Shown here piece by piece: positions 15,412 to 25,837 of a stretch of 64,000 nucleotides of DNA. The stretch lies in the IMG/VR virus record IMGVR_UViG_3300046816_000434; one strand, 5' to 3'. The notes under the pieces were generated by a model. That model worked only from the letters and a program-made list of their open reading frames with translations, did not search any database and was not told the DNA's origin. The first letter of the stretch is position 1; every line of letters starts with the position of its first letter. The translations under genes and the position numbers were made by a program. Origin of the DNA: a virus.

Positions 15412-15744
15412 ATGCTTGAAACCAACGAAAAGAAGCCGCTTCAGAACCTCAGCCGCCTGCAATACGGCGACCTGAAATACATCCACCACAACCGCGTCAC
15501 GATGGGTCATCTGCGCCGCGCCAACCTCACCACCCTGACCTCGCTTGCCTATCGCGGCTACCTGCGCCGTGTCGGTGTGAGCGACAGCGCGGAGATCTTC
15601 CTTACCCCGGAAGGCGAGGAGGCTCTCAATGCTTACGAGAGCGCGACTTTGAACACCAAAGCCCGCGAGAGCGACCTGACGGAGCGTTGCCTGCGCCTCT
15701 TGCGCCACTCCCGCCGCGTGGTCGCCATGCAAAAAAGCGCCTGA
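15412..15744 (+). CDS. Hypothetical protein, possible winged helix
   Basis: TLTSLAYRGYL...IFLTPEGEEAL resembles a wHTH wing; GAAGG SD. Confidence 0.65.
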   Translation: MLETNEKKPLQNLSRLQYGDLKYIHHNRVTMGHLRRANLTTLTSLAYRGYLRRVGVSDSAEIFLTPEGEEALNAYESATLNTKARESDLTERCLRLLRHSRRVVAMQKSA

Positions 15745-15926
15745 CCGTGCAAAAAACTGCCTGAGTGAGAATCCCTTTATCTGCGTAGCATTTAGCCTGG
15801 GGCGATTTCGATTGTTAGCACGGAACGGTTGACCGCCCGCACGGTTAGTGACAGGATTGTGCTTTCTAGAAGTACTGCCCCGCCGGTACGCGGCCGGAAC
15901 TGCTCTTTTTGGTCTCGGCGGTGGTC

Positions 15927-16331
15927 ATGAGTACCGGCTGTGGGCCGCTCGATGAGCGCACCACCGCATCTCAGAGCGCGATTGCCCTCCGTGTGCCCCG
16001 CCTTAAATCCCGCTTAACCGCCATCCTCAACGCCTTACCGAACCAGGCCCGCTACACCTCCGCCAAGAATGCCGAACGCCTGGTGCGTCGCGGCCTCGCC
16101 ACGCTCACACACGCGGGCATCACCCTTCTTCCGGTCGAGCAGATCCGCCGCCTGGACGCGCTGCAAGCGCTGAGCCAGGCGGATGACCGGATGATCCAGG
16201 AGCGGGGCGGAGTGCTGTGGTGGAACGGTTGCGACCATCATCCGGCTGCGGCTCACCGTCCCGGTGAGAACGTAAATCTGCCCCGCACGGATCGCGCCAA
16301 AGCATATTTTGCCTGCCTGGAGGAGCGCTGA
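15927..16331 (+). CDS. Hypothetical protein
   Basis: ORF abutting the head-spike gene; start uncertain. Confidence 0.5.
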   Translation: MSTGCGPLDERTTASQSAIALRVPRLKSRLTAILNALPNQARYTSAKNAERLVRRGLATLTHAGITLLPVEQIRRLDALQALSQADDRMIQERGGVLWWNGCDHHPAAAHRPGENVNLPRTDRAKAYFACLEER

Positions 16332-18833
16332 GTGCCCACCACTCCTTATACCTCCGTCAGCGCAATTCTCACTCTGCAGTGCGCGACCTGCGGCTTCTAC
16401 CAGAAGACGACCAACCCGGCCATCGCGAGTCTGCTCGCGGCCAAGCACCAGGCGGGCTGGGGTTCTGCGCATGTGGTAACCACCACTGGCGCCTCCTTCC
16501 TTGATTTCACCACCGGCACCCTTCCCCCCGGAGTGACCTTCACCCGCGCCAGCACCGGCACCTACAACAACAGTTCCAACATCCTGGCAACCGCCGGGGT
16601 GAATGTGGCCCGCTTTAACTATGTAGCTGGGGTGGCGAATCTGCTGATTGAGCCCAGTGCGACGAATCTACTGCTGGGCTCCAATGACTTCTCCATTACC
16701 TATTGGGCTCCGAATACCTGCACGATTACAGCCGCGCAGTTCACAGGCCCCGATGGCATCAATAGTGGCTGGGTGCAGGCCAATACCGCCTTGAATGGGT
16801 ATATGAGCCAGACGTTTGTGTACTCCAATATTCCGTACACGGCATCAATCTGGGCAAAACGGATTAGCGGTACAGCTGATTTCCAGTTTTACTTAAGCAA
16901 CATATTTCTGGCGATTACGCTCACCGCAACCCTGACGAGAATATCCGCCACTCTCACTCCCTCGCCAGCAGGGAGCGGTCCTACTCTTCTTTTCGACTTA
17001 GGAGCTTCCGGGGCCAGCAACGGCATTTTCGGAGTCCAGTTAGAAACCGGCTCCAAGATGACCTCCTACATCCCCACCACCACAGCAGCCGTCACCCGTG
17101 CCATAGATCAAGCCACCTTCACCATCCCCGCTGGAGTAACTCAGCTTAAATACACCTTTGACGACAACTCCACCCAAACGGTAAGTGTCTCCCCAGGCTC
17201 TTACACAATCCCCGCCACCCTGAACCGCGCCAATATCAAGACCATCGATACCATTTCAGGTTCCGCCTCCATCAACTTCGACTTCACGGGCGGAGTCCTC
17301 CCAGGAGCCATCACCTTCACCCGCGCCTCTATAGGCACCTACAACTCCAGCGGGAATCTGCTGATTACGGCGACGAATGACGTGGCGCGGTTCAACTACG
17401 TCGCAGGCGTGGCGAATCTGCTGATTGAGGGCAGCGCGACGAACTTACTGGTGCAGTCGAACGCCTTTACAACTGCTCCTTGGATTAGGACTCAAGCTTC
17501 GATTGCCACAGCCGCGCAATTCGTTTCCCCGGACGGAACCAACAATGGCTGGTCTGTCTCTAGCTCCACTGCGGCAGGGAATCGCGGCGGATGTGCAGAC
17601 CGCGTTGACTTCTCCAATATCCCGTATACGATGTCAATCTGGGCGAAAAACATCACTGGCACCGCTCCAACGAAGTATCAGCTATACACCGTGGTGTCCA
17701 GTTCGCTCCCTACCAGCACCACACTGACGCGGTTATTTGCCACCATGACTCCACCAGCTATAGCTGGTCAGTATGCGAATTTTCTGGTTGACGACATAAG
17801 CGGCACAGGAAGCGCAATAGTAAACGGCTATTACGGAGCCCAACTGGAAACCGGCTCTGTAATGTCGTCCTACATCCCAACCGGAGCCACCACAGTCACC
17901 CGCGCTGCAGATAGCGCCACCTTCACCATCCCCACCGGCATCAACCAGCTTGTCTACACCTTTGATGACAACTCCACGCAGACCGTAGCCGTCTCTCCCG
18001 GCTCCTACACCATACCCACCACCTTGAACAGGCCGAATATCAAATCCGTGGTGGGCCGGTACGCCTTCGACTTTACGGGCGGGAGCCTGCCAGCGGGGAT
18101 GACGTTCACGCGGCCCTCGATTGGGACGTATGTGAATGCGGGCGGGACGCTGATCACGGCGGGGAATGACGTGGCGCGGTTTAACTATGTGGCTGGGGTG
18201 GCGAACCTGCTGATCGAGGGGAGCGCGACGAATCTTGCTTTGCAATCCAATAATTTCTCTACCGCCCCTTGGTCAGCCTATAACGGTTCTGTTCTCACCG
18301 CCTCGCAATTTACCAGCCCAGATGGGACCAATAATGGCTGGGCATTCACTTCTGGCGGCAATTTCGGGGGACTTCTCCAGCCAGCCAACTATTCCAATAC
18401 GGCGTATACGACATCAGTCTGGGCAAAGTTTATTGTTGGCACGTCGCCCATACTTGTTCAGATAGGCGGCACAAATTATACTATTGCTGCCACCACATCT
18501 ACACTAACAAGATTGTCAGTTACTGCAACCGCCGCAGCGGGGAATGCGAATGCTCTAGTTGGCGTGACCGGAACAACCGCTACCGATAAAGATGGTATCT
18601 ACGGATTCCAGCTTGAAACCGGCTCTGTAATGACGAGCTATATCCCCACCACCACCACAGCCGTCACTAGAGCCGCCGATAGTGCCACCTTTACCATCCC
18701 CGCAGGCATCGGCCACCTCACCTACACATTCGACGACAATTCCACCCAATTAGTGACCGTTAGCGCGGGCAGCTACACGGTCCCGACTACGCTGAACCGG
18801 CCCAACATCAAGAGCATTGTGGGTAGCGCATGA
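16332..18833 (+). CDS. Virion fibre/decoration protein with three tandem head-spike-fibre-like repeats
   Basis: Three ~270-aa units: DFTxGxLPxGxTFTRxSxGTY...ARFNYVAGVANLLIExSATNL...QLETGSxMxSYIPTxxxxVTRAxD.ATFTIPxG...TFDDNSTQ...TLNRxNIK. Confidence 0.85.
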   Translation: MPTTPYTSVSAILTLQCATCGFYQKTTNPAIASLLAAKHQAGWGSAHVVTTTGASFLDFTTGTLPPGVTFTRASTGTYNNSSNILATAGVNVARFNYVAGVANLLIEPSATNLLLGSNDFSITYWAPNTCTITAAQFTGPDGINSGWVQANTALNGYMSQTFVYSNIPYTASIWAKRISGTADFQFYLSNIFLAITLTATLTRISATLTPSPAGSGPTLLFDLGASGASNGIFGVQLETGSKMTSYIPTTTAAVTRAIDQATFTIPAGVTQLKYTFDDNSTQTVSVSPGSYTIPATLNRANIKTIDTISGSASINFDFTGGVLPGAITFTRASIGTYNSSGNLLITATNDVARFNYVAGVANLLIEGSATNLLVQSNAFTTAPWIRTQASIATAAQFVSPDGTNNGWSVSSSTAAGNRGGCADRVDFSNIPYTMSIWAKNITGTAPTKYQLYTVVSSSLPTSTTLTRLFATMTPPAIAGQYANFLVDDISGTGSAIVNGYYGAQLETGSVMSSYIPTGATTVTRAADSATFTIPTGINQLVYTFDDNSTQTVAVSPGSYTIPTTLNRPNIKSVVGRYAFDFTGGSLPAGMTFTRPSIGTYVNAGGTLITAGNDVARFNYVAGVANLLIEGSATNLALQSNNFSTAPWSAYNGSVLTASQFTSPDGTNNGWAFTSGGNFGGLLQPANYSNTAYTTSVWAKFIVGTSPILVQIGGTNYTIAATTSTLTRLSVTATAAAGNANALVGVTGTTATDKDGIYGFQLETGSVMTSYIPTTTTAVTRAADSATFTIPAGIGHLTYTFDDNSTQLVTVSAGSYTVPTTLNRPNIKSIVGSA

Positions 18834-18834
18834 T

Positions 18835-19017
18835 ATGCCGGCCGTTAGCCAGAAACAAAGACGTCTGATGGGTCTTGCCGAACACCACCCCGAAGAGTTG
18901 AACCCGGAGAACCGGGGCGTGCTCAAGATGACTCACCAGCAGCTCCATGACTTCGCCTCCACCAAAGAGAAGGGCTTGCCAGTGTCCAAAATGAAGTACC
19001 GCCGCAAGGGCGAATGA
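18835..19017 (+). CDS. Small basic protein, DUF3008-like
   Basis: MPAVSQKQRRLM...MTHQQLHDFASTKEKGLP. Confidence 0.7.
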   Translation: MPAVSQKQRRLMGLAEHHPEELNPENRGVLKMTHQQLHDFASTKEKGLPVSKMKYRRKGE

Positions 19018-19026
19018 GTCTTATAA

Positions 19027-20874
19027 GTGCCTCCCCGCAAATCTGAACCCGTGCGCGCCGCTTTCGCGCGCCAGGACGATCCTATCCCGCCCGGTGTCAA
19101 CGTTCTGTTCCGTCCGCATCCTGGGCCACAGACCGAAGCGCTGTTGTTGGAAGAGGATGAGATCTGCGCAGGCGGTGCCAAGGGCGGCGGCAAGACCCAG
19201 TTGGGCATCGCCTGGCTGATGAAAGGCAATCCGTATCATCCGCCAGAGCGTGAGTTGCCGTGGGATATCACTTACCTGAACCATCGTCATTACCGTGCTC
19301 TGGTTCTGCGTAAAAACGTCATCGACTTAGGCGACTGGATCGACAAGGCGCGGCGCATGTATGAGCCGTTCGGCGGCGTCTTCCGCGAGCGCCCTTCTCC
19401 GCTCTTTGAATTCCGGACCGGCGCCAAGATCGTGCTTGGGCACTTAGACGACGCGGACACTTATACCAAGTATCAGGGCCAGGAATACCAGCGCTTCTTA
19501 TTGGAAGAGGCAACCTTGGTCCCTGATCTCAAGAGTTATCTGATGGTGCGTTCCTGCATCCGCAGCACTGATGCCGACTTACATTGTCAGACCTTACTCA
19601 CATGCAACCCTGGAGGTTGCGGGCATCAGTGGGTACGCGACCGCTTCATCAAACCCAAAGACAAAGACGGCCGCATCATTCCGCCTAACACGCGGATTGT
19701 CGATCCTCTGACTGGTGAGACGCGGATTTTCCTTCCAATGAAACTCAAGGACAATCCTTCCTTGGCCTGTGATCCCAGCTACGTGAAGAAGTTGATGGGC
19801 TTGCCGGAAGCGGAGAGGCGTGCGTTCTTAGATGGTGATTGGGATAGTTTAAGTGGCATTTTTTTCAGCGAATTCAGACCTTTGGGTCCTTTAACCGGCG
19901 ATCCCGAAGAAGCCTGTCATGTGATCCCAGCCAAACCGCTCAAGCCGTGGCTGAACCGCCTGATCGGCATGGACTGGGGCTTTGCGCACGAGGGCGCCGC
20001 GTACTGGGGCTGCGACAACGACGACGGCCGCTTCCATGTCTATCGCGAGCTGGTGCGCTCACGCCTGGGCGCGGAGGCGTGGGGCGTGGAGATTGCGCTG
20101 GCTTCCATGGAGGACCTGAAGGGCCTGGAGCAAAACACCATGACCCTGTATCTGTCGCCCGACGCCTGGGAGAAGCGCTCCGATACGCGCACCATCGCGG
20201 ACCAGATCGCGGCCGGCATCCGCCGTGTCTTAGGTCCCAACAGTGTCTTGTTGACGGAAGAAGAGACCGGCGACCCTGACGAGGTGGAGCGCATGCGGCG
20301 GCAGCAGCGCTACGGCATCATGGTGCGCCGCGCGCCCAACCAGCGTGTCGCCGGGGCGCAGTACATCCGTTCGCAACTGCGCTGGTGGCCGCTCACCAAA
20401 GTGGCGAAGGAGTCTTTCAGCCACGAGCTGTTCCTGCGCCTGCTGCGCGCCGATCCCTCGCGCGCCATGGAATACAAGGACGCCTTTGAGAGCCGCCAGA
20501 ACCAGGAGGTTCTGCCTGGCCTTCTGATCCATGATTCCTGCCCGCGCATCATCGAGGTCCTGCAGAACGTGGTGCACTCTCTCACCAACCCGGAGGACGT
20601 GGAGAAGCGCGATGGCGACGACCCCTACGACGGTTTCCGCTACCTGGTCTTCGCCCACTCCAAGGAGAAGCGCCGCGAGCCGTTTGAGGAACACTTCGCC
20701 CGGCGGCTGGAGCAGGTTGCGGCCATGCATGGCGGCATGCTGGACGGCAACACGCGCGTCCAGGTCGCGCGCAAGGCGGAAGAGGACTACAACCAGGCGT
20801 CTGAGGCGATAAGCGCTCCGGTCCACTTCCCGCGCCTCGCCTCGCGCCGCGCCAAGGAAGGCTGGAGGAACTGA
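19027..20874 (+). CDS. terL: Terminase large subunit
   Basis: Walker A GGAKGGGKT, YQGQEY..LLEEAT Walker B, TCNPGG coupling motif, nuclease GMDWGFAH and DDPYDGFRY. Confidence 0.95.
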   Translation: MPPRKSEPVRAAFARQDDPIPPGVNVLFRPHPGPQTEALLLEEDEICAGGAKGGGKTQLGIAWLMKGNPYHPPERELPWDITYLNHRHYRALVLRKNVIDLGDWIDKARRMYEPFGGVFRERPSPLFEFRTGAKIVLGHLDDADTYTKYQGQEYQRFLLEEATLVPDLKSYLMVRSCIRSTDADLHCQTLLTCNPGGCGHQWVRDRFIKPKDKDGRIIPPNTRIVDPLTGETRIFLPMKLKDNPSLACDPSYVKKLMGLPEAERRAFLDGDWDSLSGIFFSEFRPLGPLTGDPEEACHVIPAKPLKPWLNRLIGMDWGFAHEGAAYWGCDNDDGRFHVYRELVRSRLGAEAWGVEIALASMEDLKGLEQNTMTLYLSPDAWEKRSDTRTIADQIAAGIRRVLGPNSVLLTEEETGDPDEVERMRRQQRYGIMVRRAPNQRVAGAQYIRSQLRWWPLTKVAKESFSHELFLRLLRADPSRAMEYKDAFESRQNQEVLPGLLIHDSCPRIIEVLQNVVHSLTNPEDVEKRDGDDPYDGFRYLVFAHSKEKRREPFEEHFARRLEQVAAMHGGMLDGNTRVQVARKAEEDYNQASEAISAPVHFPRLASRRAKEGWRN

Positions 20875-20875
20875 T

Positions 20876-21364
20876 ATGCCATTCAACATTGGAGTCGTGA
20901 GCGGCCCCGCGCCGCGCAAAAAGAGCGCCCTGCCGCCCAAAGTAGGCGGTGACAAGCCGCACATGGCGGTGATGATTGCCGCCATTCCCAAGGGCAAACC
21001 TTCTCCTGGTGGTCCCCCGCCATTAAAGCGCAAGCCTATCCGTCCGCCCGTGACCGAGCCGGATGAGCCGCCGGATATGGACCTGCCGGATACGGATGAC
21101 CTGCCGGGCGGTGGCGGGGAAGGCGAGGATCATCCGATCCTGCCTGAAGCGGTCAGTTACCGCAGCGAGGCGGAGACCTGCGCTCACTGCGTCCATATGC
21201 AGGACGACGGTGAGTGCGCGCGTCTGCATATCCCGGTCTCTCATGGCGACGGCTGCAACCTGTTCACCGACGCGAGCGGCCGCGACGCGGACGAGAGCGC
21301 CGAACAGTACGAGCCGGAAGAAGCCGGCGAAGAGGAAGAAGAGAATGTACCGGCTTATCGTTGA
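20876..21364 (+). CDS. Protein with HiPIP-like four-Cys domain between Pro-rich and acidic segments
   Basis: AVSYR...CAHC-x8-C-x12-CNLF. Confidence 0.65.
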   Translation: MPFNIGVVSGPAPRKKSALPPKVGGDKPHMAVMIAAIPKGKPSPGGPPPLKRKPIRPPVTEPDEPPDMDLPDTDDLPGGGGEGEDHPILPEAVSYRSEAETCAHCVHMQDDGECARLHIPVSHGDGCNLFTDASGRDADESAEQYEPEEAGEEEEENVPAYR

Positions 21365-21749
21365 GCTGCGCCGCCGCCTGGCGGTCTGGCTCTTCCCCCA
21401 ATTCGGCAACGACTGGCAGGACCTGCGCATGCGTCTTGCTCAAGAGACCGCGCTCAAGATTGAGGCGCAGGACAAGATGCGCGATCTGGAAGCGCAGCTC
21501 CGCAAGACCACCGACGAGCTGGCCGCGTCCCGCCAGGAGACCACCCACGCCGTCATGCATGTGAGCGACTGGTTCGCCCAGCAGATGTTCGGCCGCAAGA
21601 TCTTCGCGGGCGCACCCGATCTCCCTGAACCCAAGATGGCACCTGAAATGGTGGCGAAGCGGCAGCAGGGCCGCGCCGTGGTCGAGGAGATGGAGCGCCA
21701 GTTCTTTGAGAAGTACAACCAGTCCGGTAACGAGACTCCCGCCGCATGA
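21345..21749 (+). CDS. Coiled-coil hypothetical protein
   Basis: MYRLIVELRRRLAVWLFP followed by heptad-rich helix; GAGGAAG SD. Confidence 0.65.
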   Translation: MYRLIVELRRRLAVWLFPQFGNDWQDLRMRLAQETALKIEAQDKMRDLEAQLRKTTDELAASRQETTHAVMHVSDWFAQQMFGRKIFAGAPDLPEPKMAPEMVAKRQQGRAVVEEMERQFFEKYNQSGNETPAA

Positions 21750-22000
21750 TGACGGAACGCGAAGTAGATATTTCAGAAATCCGCACAAGCCTGATCGAAG
21801 TCCTGACGGGCGGCAACCATCTGGCTTCCGTTCTGATAAACAGATTGGGCGCCGGGCCAGAACTACTTCCTCCTTATCAGACTGACCTCGATTCCGCCAG
21901 GCTCATCGTGAAAGACCCTGAAACGCTTGATGTCTGGATTGCATGGAGAGCCATCATGCGAATGCGGGACCGGCTCATGGGAATTGGGGCATACGAATGA
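21746..22000 (+). CDS. Hypothetical protein
   Basis: 84-aa coupled ORF. Confidence 0.6.
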   Translation: MMTEREVDISEIRTSLIEVLTGGNHLASVLINRLGAGPELLPPYQTDLDSARLIVKDPETLDVWIAWRAIMRMRDRLMGIGAYE

Positions 22001-22016
22001 ACGAGGTTCCCGCCGC

Positions 22017-24413
22017 ATGATCGACTTAGGACCGGCCAAACCCGCGCCATCCAAACAGCAGCTTCTGGAGGCTCTCAAGCCGGATCTGACCAACATGGTC
22101 AAGCTTGATGTGCGCGGCGATGCCGATCCGGAGAAGACCTACCAGTACAATCAGGCGCGGCGTTTTGAGTATTACGACCGGGGCCATCAGTACCTGGCGC
22201 CGCAGATGGTGGACGGGCAGATTGCGGACTGGACGCCGATAGGCACGGTGCGCTACACGGATCGTGGCGCCACCACCGGGCGTTATGACTATGTGCTCAA
22301 CCTGATGCGCGGCGACAAGCGCAAGTTCGTTGCGGTGCTGGGGCAGCGCGCTCCCGTGGTCAAGTGCATGCCTGACCGGAGCGACGACGAGACCGCGACC
22401 AGGCTCGCGCGCCGCGCCGACCTGGAGGCGCGCAAGCTCTACTTTGCCTGGGACGTGGAGCGCAAGCAGCGCAACCTGGCAAACAGCATGTGGAAGGCCG
22501 GCACCACCTTCGGTTACACCGCCTTCGTCACCGACAAGAGCAAGTACGGTACGGTGGACGAGCCCATTCTCGGCCTGGAGGACCAGCAGGACGGGGAAGG
22601 GTATTACCGTTGCCTGCAGTGTGGCGCGGAGATCCCGGAAGAGCAGGCCCAAGAGGCCGGCAACATCTGCCCCAACTGCGCGGCACCGCTCGGTCCGGAA
22701 TCCTACATGGCCCCGCAGACCTCGCAGATCCCGCAGAAGCAGGGGACCAAGAGCTACGCCAAGGGCACGGTGGAATTCAATCTCTGCACCATCTTTGAGG
22801 TCACCACGCCCTTCTACGCGCGCGACATCAAGGACCTGCCGTGGCTGCTCTACGAATACGACGAGCACAAGGGGCGTCTGCTCGCGCTCTATGGCGACGA
22901 CAGAGACATCCGCGAGCGTCTGGTCGCCAACGACTCGCCGTATCCCGCCTTGGGCGCGGGCGGCGGATCGAGCAGCGCGGGCACGGTGGCGCGCGAAGCC
23001 GCCATGTCGCCCACCAGCGTGCAGATGACCTCGCGGCGCAACCGCATGCTCTTCACGCGCATTTGGCTGGAGCCATTGATGTACCAGCTTCTGGCCGACG
23101 ACGAGAAGCGCAAGCTGCTGACGGAGAATTTCCCCAAAGGCTGTAAGCTCACCCTGATTGCGGACGAGCTGGTGGATATTGAAGAGGAAAAGCTCGCGGA
23201 GCACTGGGCGCTATGCAAGCCCGATGTCTCCGACTATATCTTTGCCGACCCGATCTGCCAGGACTTCGTGGGCATTCAGGACCTGGTCAACGATATGCAC
23301 AATATCGCGGTCGAGACTTTTGAACGGGCCATCCCCTGGTTCCTCTTCGACCCCATGATCCTGGACCCGGCGCAGATGCGCCAGCACGCTTTACTGCCCG
23401 GCGAAGGCGTCCCGGCGCGTCCGGGCGTGGGGCAGCAGCTCGCCAACTCCATCTGGAAGGCACCGACCGCCAGTATGGACTCGCAGATTGCCCAGTGGGT
23501 GGCGGGGCTGCGCGAGACCGGCCGCGAGATCACGGGCGTGCTGCCGGCCATCTTTGGCGGCGAGGGACCCAGCCAGACGGCGAGAGAGGCGGAGTTACGG
23601 CGCAACCAGGCGCTGATGCAACTGGGTGTCACCTGGGCGGAGATGAGGGGCTTCTGGGCCAAGGTCTTTGAAAATGGCATCCGTCTGAAGGCGAAGTATG
23701 CAGCCGCCTCTGGCGGCGACGAGGAGGGAGCGGCCGAAGAGCAGCTCGCCTCGCTCGCTGAATTGGCGGACGGCAAATGGCATTGCGAGACGGAAGAAGC
23801 GATGCCCATGACCTGGGGCCAGCGGCGCGACTTCCTCATGTTCCTGATGGACAAGCCGCAGACCTGGCAGCTCTTTGGAATCCAGCACCCCAACAACCTG
23901 CCGCAGGTGCAGCAGGTCTTTGGCATGGATAACTGGACGGTCCCCAACCTGAACAACCGCGACAAAGTCTATGCGGTGATTGCGCAGCTCTTGAAGGGCC
24001 AGCCCATCAACAACCCGCAGACGCAGAAAGTGGAGCCGTCCGTCCCGGTGGATGTCTGGGAGGACGACCATACTTTCTGTGCGGCCACAACCAAGGAATG
24101 GTGCCAGAGCGAGACCGGCCGTACCGCGAAGGACACTAATCCGCAGGGTTATCAAAACGTCATTGCATGGGGCATGGCGCATCTGGATCTGACCATGCCG
24201 CCTCCGGGCATGCCTCCCGGTCCTCCTCCAGGTCCGGGCGGTCCCGGTCCCGGCCCAGGTCCAGCGGGGCCTGGTCCAGGCGGTCCGCCTCCCAAGGCTT
24301 CCGCAGGGAAGCCAGGTCCGCCGCCGCCTTCCGGTGCTGCGCCGGGCACCGTCCCGGCCGCGCCGCATCTTTCCGGAACCGCACCGCCCGAAGGCATGGG
24401 CGGTCCCGGATAA
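22017..24413 (+). CDS. Portal protein with zinc-ribbon insertion and Pro/Gly-rich tail
   Basis: About 800 aa, helical, between terL and scaffold/capsid genes; TGVLPAIFGG..QTAREA portal-like segment. Confidence 0.8.
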   Translation: MIDLGPAKPAPSKQQLLEALKPDLTNMVKLDVRGDADPEKTYQYNQARRFEYYDRGHQYLAPQMVDGQIADWTPIGTVRYTDRGATTGRYDYVLNLMRGDKRKFVAVLGQRAPVVKCMPDRSDDETATRLARRADLEARKLYFAWDVERKQRNLANSMWKAGTTFGYTAFVTDKSKYGTVDEPILGLEDQQDGEGYYRCLQCGAEIPEEQAQEAGNICPNCAAPLGPESYMAPQTSQIPQKQGTKSYAKGTVEFNLCTIFEVTTPFYARDIKDLPWLLYEYDEHKGRLLALYGDDRDIRERLVANDSPYPALGAGGGSSSAGTVAREAAMSPTSVQMTSRRNRMLFTRIWLEPLMYQLLADDEKRKLLTENFPKGCKLTLIADELVDIEEEKLAEHWALCKPDVSDYIFADPICQDFVGIQDLVNDMHNIAVETFERAIPWFLFDPMILDPAQMRQHALLPGEGVPARPGVGQQLANSIWKAPTASMDSQIAQWVAGLRETGREITGVLPAIFGGEGPSQTAREAELRRNQALMQLGVTWAEMRGFWAKVFENGIRLKAKYAAASGGDEEGAAEEQLASLAELADGKWHCETEEAMPMTWGQRRDFLMFLMDKPQTWQLFGIQHPNNLPQVQQVFGMDNWTVPNLNNRDKVYAVIAQLLKGQPINNPQTQKVEPSVPVDVWEDDHTFCAATTKEWCQSETGRTAKDTNPQGYQNVIAWGMAHLDLTMPPPGMPPGPPPGPGGPGPGPGPAGPGPGGPPPKASAGKPGPPPPSGAAPGTVPAAPHLSGTAPPEGMGGPG

Positions 24414-24451
24414 ATTAACCGCGCCCCAGCGGGGGCGATGAAAGGTTCACT

Positions 24452-25837
24452 ATGGCAACGTCTGTAACTACCCCTACATCTTCAGGTCCTGTGATTCCGC
24501 CCTCCGTGTCCACTTCCGGCACGAGCGCGGCGCCCTCCAGCCGTGACATGATCAACGCCGATCTGGGACTGACCAACGGCAGCGACTCCCAGTCGACAAC
24601 GTCCACGGTATCGGAGGAAGTCAATAACGAAGTCAACGCGATCCCTGATGACAGCGAACCTTCTTTTGAGGCGCAGGAGCAGCAAGCCCCTGCCGCCGAA
24701 GAGTCCGCGCAGGAGGAGGCCATCGAGGACGACGGGCAGAGGCCTGAAATCCCCAACCTCACGGAATCGCGCTGGAAGACGGTCCACGCAGGCTATAAGT
24801 ACACGCAGGAAATCGGGCGTGCGCTGGGCCTGGTGGGCGAAGACGGCCGCGTGGACATCAGCATGTTCCCGCCCGCGCAGGAAGTCCAGGCTATGCGCGA
24901 GGCGTACAGCGACCGCATTGCGATGGAGCACGATTTTGCATCCGGCGATCCGCAGAACGCGGAGCAGTGGCTGCAAAACTGGCACGGCTTCTCCGATAAA
25001 GGAATGGGCGCGGTGGCGGCGGCTATGCCGCGATTCCTCGCCGCCAATCAGCCGCAGGCCTATCAGGCCATGGCGACGCCCGTCCTGCACAGCTTCCTGG
25101 ACTACATGTATCGCATGGGCACGCAGCAGGAAGACCCGCAGGTGCGGGACTACATCCTGAACGGCGCCCGCGCCGCCGAATGGTGGCTCAAGGGAGGTCC
25201 CAACGGCGGGACCTACCGCACTGACCAGGACATTCTCAAGCCCCAGGCACCGCAGCCCTCGCCGCTTGAGCGCGAGCTGGCGTCTTCCCGCCAGCAGCTT
25301 GCCCAGATCCAGCAACGCAGTCAGCAGGCCCAGCAGGCGCACTTTGCCGATAGCGTGAACGGAGTCATCGGTACTCAGATGGACAGTTCCATCGACCAGG
25401 CGCTCTCGCCCCTCAAGGCCTTCTATCCCAACCCCGTCAGCTTTACCGCCGTGCGCAATGAATTCATCAACCGGCTGCAGCAGCAGCTCCAGGGCGATGC
25501 AATCGGCCGGCGGCAATTCGCTATCGCGATGGAGCGCGCCCAGGCGACGCGCAACCAGGAGGATCAGCAGGCATTGGTCAGTCACTACATGACGATGGCG
25601 CGGCGCGCAGTCAATGCCGTGCGCGGCAAGTTCATCTCCGAAGCCAGCAAAGGCATCGTACAGAACAGCAACGCCCGTCATGAGCAGTTAGCCGCAGCCG
25701 CGTCCAAGGTGGGTCCCACCTCCGCAGGCACGCCGCACCGCCAGAGCATCGTCACCAAGCTGGAACGCCGGCCCGACGAGACCACGGCGGACTTCCAGCG
25801 GCGTATGATTGCCCGCGATCTGGGAATCCCCGGCTGA
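24452..25837 (+). CDS. Capsid scaffolding protein, putative
   Basis: Acidic disordered N-terminus, Gln/Ala-rich helices, located between portal and capsid genes. Confidence 0.65.
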   Translation: MATSVTTPTSSGPVIPPSVSTSGTSAAPSSRDMINADLGLTNGSDSQSTTSTVSEEVNNEVNAIPDDSEPSFEAQEQQAPAAEESAQEEAIEDDGQRPEIPNLTESRWKTVHAGYKYTQEIGRALGLVGEDGRVDISMFPPAQEVQAMREAYSDRIAMEHDFASGDPQNAEQWLQNWHGFSDKGMGAVAAAMPRFLAANQPQAYQAMATPVLHSFLDYMYRMGTQQEDPQVRDYILNGARAAEWWLKGGPNGGTYRTDQDILKPQAPQPSPLERELASSRQQLAQIQQRSQQAQQAHFADSVNGVIGTQMDSSIDQALSPLKAFYPNPVSFTAVRNEFINRLQQQLQGDAIGRRQFAIAMERAQATRNQEDQQALVSHYMTMARRAVNAVRGKFISEASKGIVQNSNARHEQLAAAASKVGPTSAGTPHRQSIVTKLERRPDETTADFQRRMIARDLGIPG

